This document shows, one piece after another, positions 8,802-18,400 of a stretch of 45,256 bases of DNA. Positions within the stretch are counted from its first letter, which is position 1; each line of letters opens with the position of its first letter. The stretch spans positions 1 to 45,256 of the forward strand of contig CAXFLH010000001.1 of the NCBI GenBank assembly GCA_964003875.1, written 5' to 3'. The notes beneath the pieces are model-generated. The model saw only the letters and a list, made by a program, of their open reading frames with translations. It did no database searches and had not been told where the DNA came from. The stretch comes from an uncultured Flavobacteriales bacterium (lineage in GTDB: Bacteria > Bacteroidota > Bacteroidia > Flavobacteriales > UBA7312). The translations under genes and the position numbers were made by a program.

Positions 8802-10132
8802 CTAATACCTGGGAAATAAATTGAATAAAACCCAAAGTTTTTCTTGATGTAAACTATCATAAGAACATTCCATATCACTCCACTAATAGCGCTAGCAAAA
8901 GCTGCTCCATCAATACCATATTTTGGAATTAAAATATAGTTTAAACCGATATTGATTAGAGCTGTAAGGATTAGTATATTCTGAAACACATTTTGTTTGC
9001 CGACCATTTGTAAAAATGTACCTACAGAGCCGGAAATTGCACTGAACATTTTACTTATTGATAAGATAATTAACGCCATAGCTGCTAACTTAAATTCTTC
9101 TCCAAATACACTTAAAATAGATTTAGGAAAGCATAAAAATAATATTATTACTGGAAAAGTAACCCAAAATATGGTTTTAGTTGATTGTTGTACTATTTTT
9201 TTAAGAGCCTCAATATCTCCAGAAGAATGAATTTCTGAAAATTTGGGTGCGGCTATACTATTGACTGCCATAAGACCCATATATGCTAACATAGATAATT
9301 TTAAGGCAATATTATAAATCCCTACTAGGTCTGAAGAGGTCATATTTGCTAACATAAACAAATCTACTTTTCCCATTATCAGCATCATTGACTGACCTAA
9401 CAACAATGGAATAGACACCTTAAAAAGTGCTTTTGTACTGAGTTCTTTCTCGCTATTGCTGTGCTGAGAATTAATCAATTTAGTTTTGTGATAATACCAT
9501 AAAAAATAAGATGAAAATGTCATAATAATAACACTCAACACATAGGCGTAAATAGGAAGTTTTTCTGAGAAGGTATACGAAGTAAATACCACCATAATAA
9601 TGAAAGTAATTAGGGTAATTGCAACATTATTCAAAAAAGAAAAAGAAAGCATTTGCTTCAACCCTCGAATAGCCTGAACATTCATATGAAACAATACTAA
9701 TGGAATGAAGGAGAAGGATACGATTAAAAGATACTCCTCGTCAAGATTCATAAAATTAGCTATGTAGGCAGAAAAAAACAATAATAGTAAGGTGAAAATA
9801 ATAGCAGCTAAAGTGACAATAGCTATTGATTTAAAAAAAAGTTTATTAATTAATTGAGGGACTCCATTGTGCACGTATCTTGAGATAAATCGAACTAAAG
9901 CGGTGTCTATGCCTAACCTTGAAATGATACTTAAAATTTCAACAATTAATAAAGCTGTTACATACTGACCAAATACAAAAGCTCCAAATTTATTAGTAAT
10001 GAAAATAGCAAGAACATACCCAACTAGTATGCCAACAATTTTCAAGATAAAAGTGCTAGACGCTCCCTTGATAAGCTCAATAAAATGAACATCACCTGAG
10101 TACTTTGATAGATATGATTTTATTTTGTTCAA
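8798..10132 (-). CDS. wzx: Wzx-type oligosaccharide flippase (MOP superfamily polysaccharide biosynthesis protein)
   Basis: 444 aa with roughly 12-14 hydrophobic helices along the whole length. First gene of the overlapping glycan string, with a 4-nt overlap to the next gene. Confidence 0.75.
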   Translation of the reverse strand: MNKIKSYLSKYSGDVHFIELIKGASSTFILKIVGILVGYVLAIFITNKFGAFVFGQYVTALLIVEILSIISRLGIDTALVRFISRYVHNGVPQLINKLFFKSIAIVTLAAIIFTLLLLFFSAYIANFMNLDEEYLLIVSFSFIPLVLFHMNVQAIRGLKQMLSFSFLNNVAITLITFIIMVVFTSYTFSEKLPIYAYVLSVIIMTFSSYFLWYYHKTKLINSQHSNSEKELSTKALFKVSIPLLLGQSMMLIMGKVDLFMLANMTSSDLVGIYNIALKLSMLAYMGLMAVNSIAAPKFSEIHSSGDIEALKKIVQQSTKTIFWVTFPVIILFLCFPKSILSVFGEEFKLAAMALIILSISKMFSAISGSVGTFLQMVGKQNVFQNILILTALINIGLNYILIPKYGIDGAAFASAISGVIWNVLMIVYIKKNFGFYSIYFPGIR

Positions 10133-10137
10133 TAATT

Positions 10138-10887
10138 CTAATAGTTTGAATCGGATTCTTTGCCATGTAAAATAGAAACTGCAGAAGATGTTCCAATACG
10201 TTTTACACCCAAATCTACCATTGTCTTAAAATCTTCAATGTTACGAATTCCTCCGGAAGCTTTTACTGGCAAAGGTGACGAATTATCTAACATTAGTTTT
10301 ATAGCTGACACAGTTGCTCCGTTTGGTGCTGAGTCAGGGCTAAAATAAAAGCCTGTCGATGATTTTACAAATACATTATGAGCATTATTTTGACCAAAAT
10401 TATCTATAACAACATCTCTAATGAGCTGACAAATATCAATTATCTCATTATCACTTAATGCCGCTGATTCTATTATCCATTTAATAGTCTTATTATTGGA
10501 CAAACACAGAGCTGTACATGCTTTAACTTGATTGTCAATGTAATCGCTACCCCCTTTTTTGAAAAGCTCATAGTTAATAACAACATCAATATCGTCAGCA
10601 CCTAAATTGATAGCATTACTAATCTCATCTAATTTGTTTTCTGTCGATGAGCTTCCATTAGGAAAATCAATAACAGTTCCAACTAAAACATTACTACCTT
10701 TGTCGGCTATTATTTCTTTTGCTAAAGCAACATGATTTGAACGAATCATTACCAATTTGAAATTATGCTCAACAGCCTCTAAGACAAAAGATTTAACAAC
10801 TTGTTTTTCTTCTTGGTCACTTAGACCTGATTGTTCTTTTGTTTTAAGATATGTGGAATCAAAAAAACTAGTCATATTAAAGTTCAT
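10138..10887 (-). CDS. deoC: Deoxyribose-phosphate aldolase
   Basis: DeoC class I aldolase blocks ...LVGTVIDFPNGSSS..., ...GADDIDVVINY..., Schiff-base Lys block LPVKASGGIRN and ...KRIGTSS. Start placed at ATG 10887 (MNFNMTSFF...) because the longer track ORF (to 10959) runs into the terminator hairpin at 10946-10973. Only 5 nt separate its stop from the wzx start. Confidence 0.85.
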   Translation of the reverse strand: MNFNMTSFFDSTYLKTKEQSGLSDQEEKQVVKSFVLEAVEHNFKLVMIRSNHVALAKEIIADKGSNVLVGTVIDFPNGSSSTENKLDEISNAINLGADDIDVVINYELFKKGGSDYIDNQVKACTALCLSNNKTIKWIIESAALSDNEIIDICQLIRDVVIDNFGQNNAHNVFVKSSTGFYFSPDSAPNGATVSAIKLMLDNSSPLPVKASGGIRNIEDFKTMVDLGVKRIGTSSAVSILHGKESDSNY

Positions 10888-10945
10888 ATTGAGTCTTGTT
10901 TGGGTCAGTAAAAATAACGATTTTAAGCTAGAAAATTCATCATTA

Positions 10946-10973
10946 AAAAGGCCCTCCAAACAGAGAGCCTTTT
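10946..10973 (-). terminator. Rho-independent terminator downstream of the tonB-like gene
   Basis: The minus strand reads AAAAGGCTCTC-tgtttg-GAGGGCCTTTT followed by TAAT. This is an 11-bp stem with one mismatch and a T run, 20 nt after the tonB-like stop. Confidence 0.7.
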
Positions 10974-10992
10974 ATTAATAAATATTAAATTT

Positions 10993-11664
10993 TTAATTCA
11001 ATTTAAAGCTTATGGGTACGTTATATTGCACCTTTACAGGTTTACCTCTTTGTTTGCCAGGCTTAAATTTTGGTAAACTTGAAACTACTCGAACAGCTTC
11101 AGCATCTAAATATTTATCTACTCCACGTAAAATCTTAACATTAGTAACTTTACCTGTTTTATCTACAACAAAACTCACAAAAACTCTACCAGTAATATTA
11201 TTCTCCTTAGCAATTGGTGGATACTTTGTTTTTCTAGCGATAAACTGCATTATCTTGGTTTGGGTACAAGTTTCATCAGCACACCCTTCAAAGCGAGGCA
11301 TATCTTCAACAACCATAAATATTTCATCAGTTGTTTCTTCTTCCTCTTCTATTACTTCAAGATCCTCGTCAGATTCTGTATCTTCTATTTCTACCTCTTC
11401 TATTTCCTCATCGTCTTCAACAATAACGATTTCATCTGGTGGAGGTGGAGGTGGTGGAGGTGGCTTTTGCTCTCTAAATGTATTTTCTATCTCTTCCTCA
11501 AACTCTGCATCTAATACTAAATCACCTAGTGAAGCAACAACTTTTTCGTACGTTCTGTATTCAAAAGCGCCTAAAACAATCAATAGAGATACTGCTAAGC
11601 CGATTTGCATAAACAAACCTCTTTTTTTCTCTAAATCTACTTTTGGGTTTTTTTTTGGTTCCAT
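10993..11664 (-). CDS. TonB-family energy transducer
   Basis: 223 aa. Basic N-terminus plus a single TM (GLFMQIGLAVSLLIVLGAF), a Pro9 run and long Asp/Glu linker, and a C-terminal TonB fold ...YPPIAKENNITGRVFVSFVVDKTGKVTNVKILRGV...AVRVVSSLPKFKPGKQRGKPVKVQYNVPISF. Confidence 0.85.
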   Translation of the reverse strand: MEPKKNPKVDLEKKRGLFMQIGLAVSLLIVLGAFEYRTYEKVVASLGDLVLDAEFEEEIENTFREQKPPPPPPPPPDEIVIVEDDEEIEEVEIEDTESDEDLEVIEEEEETTDEIFMVVEDMPRFEGCADETCTQTKIMQFIARKTKYPPIAKENNITGRVFVSFVVDKTGKVTNVKILRGVDKYLDAEAVRVVSSLPKFKPGKQRGKPVKVQYNVPISFKLN

Positions 11665-11682
11665 AAAATTGGGTTACTTGAG

Positions 11683-11690
11683 CAAATTTA
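11683..11690 (-). promoter_or_regulatory. Candidate -7 box (TAAATTTG) for the tonB-like gene
   Basis: The minus strand reads TAAATTTG (TAnnTTTG), 18 nt upstream of ATG 11664. It overlaps the vanZ-like stop codon. Motif match only. Confidence 0.35.
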
Positions 11691-12065
11691 ATCTTTTTTA
11701 ACTGAATTCATTGATACGGGAAAGGGAAATTTCTTAAAAATCCAAACACCTAAAAATATACCTATGGTGTCTGCTAACCAATCTAAGATATCAGCACTCC
11801 TTTCAACAAAAATAAGGCCTTGAAGCACTTCTAACAATAAGCCATAAGCAAGAAATGAAATAACTATGTAACGTAAAAATTGATTTTTCTGTTGTTCCTT
11901 CAATGCTACAGCAAACAAATAAACCCCAATCATAAATATGATGATATGTATCAATTTATCTAATTGAAAAAAGTCAGAAAAAGAAACTTCTAGAAAATCA
12001 GAACCAGGCATAGCATGTAAAATTGCAATGACAACAACCCACACTATTGCAATAGTATAGCGCAT
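11688..12065 (-). CDS. VanZ-like small membrane protein
   Basis: 125 aa with 4 hydrophobic helices, ...DKLIHIIIF... and ...ERSADILDWLADTIG..., typical of the VanZ family. Its start abuts the gcvH stop. Confidence 0.7.
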   Translation of the reverse strand: MRYTIAIVWVVVIAILHAMPGSDFLEVSFSDFFQLDKLIHIIIFMIGVYLFAVALKEQQKNQFLRYIVISFLAYGLLLEVLQGLIFVERSADILDWLADTIGIFLGVWIFKKFPFPVSMNSVKKD

Positions 12066-12443
12066 TTAGCTGATTAAATCCTTGTATTGTTCAGCTGATA
12101 AAAGTGTATCAACTTCTGAAGCATCAGAAATTTTAACACGAATCATCCAACCAGCTCCATAGGGGTCAGAGTTAACAACTTCAGGAGCATCTTCTAATTC
12201 AGAATTAAAAGAAAGAACTTCTCCACTCAAAGGCATAAAAAGATCTGAAACTGTTTTGACTGCTTCAACAGAGCCAAATATGTCCTCGCTTTCAATACTT
12301 TCACCTTCTGTTTCTACCTCAATAAAGACGATATCTCCTAATTCACTTTGAGCAAAATCAGTAATCCCAATAACTGCTTCATCACCTTCAATTCTTACCC
12401 ATTCGTGATCTTTCGTGTATTTTAATTCTGCCGGAATGTTCAT
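12066..12443 (-). CDS. gcvH: Glycine cleavage system protein H
   Basis: 125 aa. ...YTKDHEWVR..., [17 protein letters not shown], lipoyl-lysine block [18 protein letters not shown], ...DPYGAGWM. Confidence 0.95.
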   Translation of the reverse strand: MNIPAELKYTKDHEWVRIEGDEAVIGITDFAQSELGDIVFIEVETEGESIESEDIFGSVEAVKTVSDLFMPLSGEVLSFNSELEDAPEVVNSDPYGAGWMIRVKISDASEVDTLLSAEQYKDLIS

Positions 12444-12467
12444 ATGATTTATATTTATTTATTTCTA

Positions 12468-12475
12468 CAAAAGTA
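12468..12475 (-). promoter_or_regulatory. Candidate -7 box (TACTTTTG) for gcvH
   Basis: The minus strand reads TACTTTTG (TAnnTTTG), 24 nt upstream of ATG 12443. Motif match only. Confidence 0.4.
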
Positions 12476-12497
12476 CAATTTATAGTTTAAAATATGG

Positions 12498-15400
12498 CTA
12501 TTGTGCTAATGTGAATCTAACACTAAATCCACCATTTGTAATAGCTGAAGGGAAGGTATTCGAAACATAAGGATTTGTCATTACCTTATCATAGAATAGT
12601 CGTAGGTTAAATCGACTACTAACAACATAGTCAGCCGTAAACTTCAAGGTAATTACACTATTTCCACCTGTTATTTCTTCTTGATTTTCTTCTATTTTTC
12701 TAATTACGACCTTATTACTTCTAAGTGAAAAATCTAATTTTAAATCTAAATCTGAGCTTATTTTTCTTTGTCTACCTGCTGCTCTTACGTTAAAGGCTAA
12801 TTCTTTTATTCTGTACCCTGTACCTATAATCCATTCATCAGAAGAACGGTCCGTGAGTTGGTTATTACTTAAGCCTAAACTTAAAGTTCGTTCTTTCTTA
12901 ATTTCTAGACGAGCTGTCATACTATTTTTGAAAGTCAAATCTATCTTAAACAGGGGGTTCAGAGTTTCTCGTAATGTTACTTGATTAATTTCGTACTTAT
13001 CATAATAGTTTAAGGTAGCCTCATTAATCGCATTGGGCCATTCATCAAAACCAGCCTCATAGTCTAGACTAGTCACATAATTACCTACACTATAAGTTGA
13101 TTGATAAGAGTGGCTTAATACTATGTTATTCATTCTTTTTTTTATCCATTTAAGATTACGCAAACCATCAAAATTAATTCGCCAATTTGGTAAAGGGATA
13201 TTTGGGAAATTATTGAGCCCTACCGAAGAAGCGTTTTTTCCTGAATAAGCTGCTAAAAAGGCAGGTATCAATACCTCTTGAGAAGTGCTTTGATAACCTA
13301 ACGGATATCCAGTACTATCCACAATACTGTTGTCGTATGGATTTGAGTCAGCAAGTCTGTTGGCTATTATTTCTCTATTTTGTCTAAACTGCTGAAAGGT
13401 AGCATTTGAATAATTATCATCGTCTTTAATAAAAGCAGAATTCCAACTAATAAATGAGATGCTGTGACTACCATTTTCGATACTATTAAATGAATCGTAG
13501 TCGCCTAAGTCCGAATCAAATCTATAGATTTCTTGAACGTTATTTGTTTTTGTTCTATTAGCAGTTAGCTCTATTCTAAATCCTTTAAAAGGCTCAAGAG
13601 TTCCTCTCAGGTTGAGAGTTTCGCTATTGGTCAGTTTAAAAAATTGATTCAAATTTGTGCTAGAAGTGAGCCAACCTCCTTGTGAACTTAGCTCTCTAAT
13701 GTCAATATTTTGACTTCCCAAAGCAAAAGGTATACCGGGAGCCATAGCATCCCAATCTTGACCGAAGAAATGAGGCTTTTTATTAAAACCTGGCAAGACA
13801 ACGCCCTGATTTTGTCGGTAAGAAATCGATAAGTTTTTGACTAATAAAGTTGTTTTTAAAAGAGTATTTGCAATCTCTTTAAATGAAACTTTTACAGTAT
13901 CCGAGGCTTGATTTGGCAGTCGAATAGTTTCTCTGCTTGAACCTCTACCTCTTACGCCTACACTAGGACCAGTTCGATTTAACTTTTTAAGGAAAGGTAC
14001 TTTATTGTATAGCTGACCAAAATTGAATGTTGAGTTGATTTGTTTGTTATTGCTATTTTGAATGGTATTGCCCAAACTTTGTAAACTTAATGGTGCTGCT
14101 AACCAATCGTAATTGGCTACATATTTAGTATTCAGATTTATCCAAGAAGTTAGAGGGAATTTATTCAAAGGTACATTATAACTCGCATTTAATGAATGAT
14201 GATATAAAGTCGGTCTTCCAAAATTTAGAATATTGTTCCATATGGAGTCTTTCTTTTCTTGATAATATGAATCTGATTTTACTAACTCACCATCTGGCTC
14301 GTCAATACTAGCTGAATTACGAACCTTAAATTCTGTTTTCAGTGTACGTGTTAAATCATATTTAATGCTATAATTTCTGTTCCAAACAAATGCCTTGTTG
14401 TAATATGGTGGTAAAGTAAAATCAGGGTTATTGATGTTTCTAAATTGTGTTTTATTATAATACCTATCCAAGTCTGTCTGAAATGATATTGATTTTGGTA
14501 AGGTGTAAAAGTTAAAGTCTTTCAATAGTGCAAAATACTTGTTCTTAAATAGCTTTACTTTTTGAAATGGCTTTATATTTTTGGGTTTTGAAGAATAGGT
14601 ATAATTGAGAGAGGCTTTTGTGCTAACCGTTGTTCTTTCTTTAAGATTAACATTTCTAGAAAACGTTTCATTTCTAGAGTAGGTTGCTGAAAGGTTTTCT
14701 ATATCATAAATCTTAGCTTTTTTTCCTGAAGAAGAAGATTTGTTTTTTCTAACATTAGTAAAGTTAATTGACTTTCTTTTTGTCAAATCTTGAGCTATCT
14801 CTTTCAGTTCTTCTTTCTCTTCATTGGATTGTAACTCATCTAAAGATGCTTTTAAAGTGATGTCCGGATCTAGAGGATTATATTGTGGGTTTTGAATAGC
14901 TTCAGAAACACCGACATACATAGGTATTTTTATAGCCGCTTTTTCTCCAAAGAAATTTCCTAAAGCAAAAGTTGACGAAAAATCGTATTGGTAGGCATCA
15001 TACTTTTGTCTTGCTGTTAGACTTTGGTCAATGGAGCCAAAGCCGATAGTGCTCATACTTCCTGTAAGATTAACATTGGCAAAATCAGCCAACCTAGCAT
15101 TAATACGACCATTGGCGGCATAACCTCCTCGTTCGTCAAAGTCAGTTAGACGTAATTCGTTTAACCAAATCTCTCCACATTTGGAAGTTCCGTCATCATT
15201 GATAGTGGAGTTAAAATCACCTTTTCTTGGATTTCTTACTCCCAACATGATGGTTTTTACCATACTAATATTAGGGTTACCAACAACAGTAATTTGCTTG
15301 TCTGTTCCTGAAAAAGGATCGGTGCTACTGTTGTGTATTCCGTCCCTTATAGCTTTGTTTCTTTCTTGTTTGGCATCGAGTAGTTGTTCGAAAGTAATAT

Positions 15401-18400
15401 TTAACTCATTCTCTACTGGCCATATAAGCTGATCATCAAGTCTAGAAACACCCCATGGAGTAACCTTTAGTGGGATTTCATACTCGTAATAATTGTCGTT
15501 AAAATCGGTACCTAATCTAACAAATAGTGATAAATCACCATCTTGTAGAGCTGACTCTATTTCTCCAGATGGTTCTGCATGCACATACATTTTTAGTCGC
15601 TTATAATTTCTAAAGTCGTTGTTGAAGGTTTTATAAGCAGCTCTTGAATCTCCATCTTCCAAATCGCAAACTTTAAGCACTAAAGATTGTTCGTTTTGCC
15701 TTCTAACATAGGTCGTAGTATTATCAACTTCTTGCTCTATACCAGGTGGTAATACATAAGGTACAGGTATTTTTTCAGCATTTTCTTCTATATTTACTAC
15801 AGAAACATCAAAAGAAGTATTACTAGCATTGTCATTTGGAACATATTCTCCTTCTGTTTTGAGACTAAAATTATAGCGTCTCCATTCGCCACGTACGAGT
15901 TCTAATGTTGCAAAACGCATTACGATAGGTTGGTCAAAATCTTTAAGTAGCATACGAATAAATCTTATGGATTTAAAGTCACGAATAGAGCCTACTGTTT
16001 TGTCAGGCTGTTGAACTGGGATTTTAAACTGATACCACTTTATCGTTCTATCCCCAGTTGGCGTCTTAGCCTCCGTTTCTTGTATGTCAGTAATGTAACT
16101 GTCACCAATTTGCATACCTGGAAATAAGGGGATATTGTAATGGTAATAACTTTCTGATTCGTTGAGTGTATTGTCAAAATTTATATCCTCTGTATTAGGA
16201 ATTGTCGTTGACATAGTTGGCAAAGGGTTTGGTATTGCTGAATTGCCATCTATCCCAGAAAAATATTCATATCGCTTTAAAATAGAAGCACTTTCATTAT
16301 CCAAGTTATCACCTAGGAAGTAAGTGTAGTTATCAGAGGAAGGGTCTGTCGATGCTAAGGAGTAAGCATTACTATTGACGCCATAATTGGATTCTATTTT
16401 TTGAATATAAGCCGTATCAAAAAATGTACGTTCATCAACATCCCTTAGACCATCAAGTCCCACATCTTGATATTGACGTGACTCTGCATCTACATCAAAG
16501 GAATTTGTCAATGCAAAAGTAGTAGGCATACGACCCCATACACTACTTTCATCGTCAACATTTTCTACAACATCTGAAGAAGGTAATCCATTTTCAAAAC
16601 TCTTGAAACCATCTTTTAAAACGTCTTCTGAAACATTACCTAAATTCATAATCAAGTTACCCCCACTTTGATTTTCCGAATCGTCATTAAAAGGATCCAT
16701 TATCCAAAACTCTACAAACTCAATATTTTGTAATTCGAAGTCTGTTGTTTCTAACTTACGCATGATTCCAGCCCATCTATTTTCGGGGTTTAGTAATAAT
16801 CCTGAGGTGGTAATATTTTCAGTATCAAAATTATAAGGTCCTCTTTTAGATGGATTATAGGAAAGATTAAAAACTGGTAAATTAGAAACTTGTGTAGCAT
16901 ATTGGGGGTCTCGATTAGGGAATACTTCCTTTTCAAGCACTTCTCTTACATTGTGGTTTGAAAGTTGTACTTCATCGTCAGCTATATGTCTAGGAGTATT
17001 ATTAGTATTTCTGTAAAATACTGGGTCAATATTATACCAAGATAATAATGCTCTATTTGCACCAGAGTTCAAATTTCCAAGTCTAGGACTTTGATTACCC
17101 AATGCAGACTCAGGGAATAAATCAGGGTCGTTTGGTAAACTAGCTAAAAACCAAGCCCCAGGATTTTTTATATCAATTCCTGTGCTACTAGCTTCAAAGT
17201 CATCAATATAAGCTGTTCCATTTTCACCTATTGCTCTTTGATGACCAGGAATGAGATGAGCAAACTCACCTTGAGCAGTAAGCATTGACTTTTCTTTGGT
17301 TTCTAATAGAGGTAAAAAATCTACAATTTTAGTTAATAAGCTAGATTCTCGTCTATATGTACCATCTAAACCCCATATGGTATTTGAGATAGGCTCATCG
17401 CCAGAATTCACTTTTTTGGTATAAGGTTTTTCAGTCAAGTTTAGAATAGTACCACCAAGCATAAAGTCATCAGAAATACGGTAATCTAAGTGAGTACCCA
17501 CCAGAGTTTTTTGTTGTAAGCCAAAAGTGTTGCTTTCAACAGATATTCGAATAGGAGTACCTGACAACAATATACCGTCATTGATGATATTAACTTTACC
17601 CATAGAATAATTAACAGTAAAGTCTTGTCCTTCTTCAAGTCGTAAACCTCCAGCCGTTACTACTACTGAGCCTTGTTCTATTGAAAAAACTCCCAAATAA
17701 ATTTCAGCTCCTGACTCAGATTGATAGCTTCCCTTTATTCTGAATTTGTTGTATTCTGGAAATTGTTGAGCAATGGTTAATGTAGAATCGTAAAGAACAT
17801 CATAAACGTAATTGCTTGCAATGTCATTGTTGCTAAATTTATCTCTTAAATCCTCACCAAAAGGTTCTCTTACTGGAAAAATGATTTTACCGTTTGAGGT
17901 AATTATTGTAATGCCAGGTAAGAAGTCAAAAATACCATCGGCCTTGCGCTCTTGCTGAGCATTTAATTGATCCAATCGTAAAAGATTAATTATAGGTTTA
18001 TCTGTTAGATTTTCTTCAGGAATATAATTCGTAATTGTACCATTATCTCTCGTGTTTTCAAAAACTACGTCTAAATAAAACTCTGTAGGGCTAACGTTGT
18101 ATGCCCCTAAAGAATAAATGTTTTTCATCATCAAGTCCCAGTTAGGTAGTTGTGGAGAAAAACTCAAATTTTTCAATAGTTTAACAAATAATGAGCTTGG
18201 TGCTGACGGCCCATTTGAGCTAAACTCACCCACTTGATAAAGTTCATTTCCTATGGTATATTGAAAAGCTACTGCTAATACCTCATCAGGACCGATAATG
18301 TTGTTTAATGAAATATAACCTAGTTGGGGGTGAAAGGTATATTCAGTCGGCGACAACAATCTTGCTCTTTCTAACTTTTCATAATCTTGAGAGCCTAAAA

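Noticed and set aside
10888-10959. 24-residue N-terminal extension of the deoC ORF (MEGLFNDEFSSLKSLFLLTQTRLN).
   Set aside because: The extension begins inside the terminator hairpin of the upstream tonB-like gene and has no DeoC-like sequence. The internal ATG at 10887 gives a normal-length enzyme.
11012-11701. 229-aa plus-strand ORF (plus the 84-aa ORF at 11260-11514), Ser-rich with a Gly9 run.
   Set aside because: It is the exact antisense shadow of the tonB-like gene. Its Gly9 and Ser runs mirror the Pro9 and Asp/Glu-rich low-complexity coding sequence. It has no signal, motif or promoter of its own.
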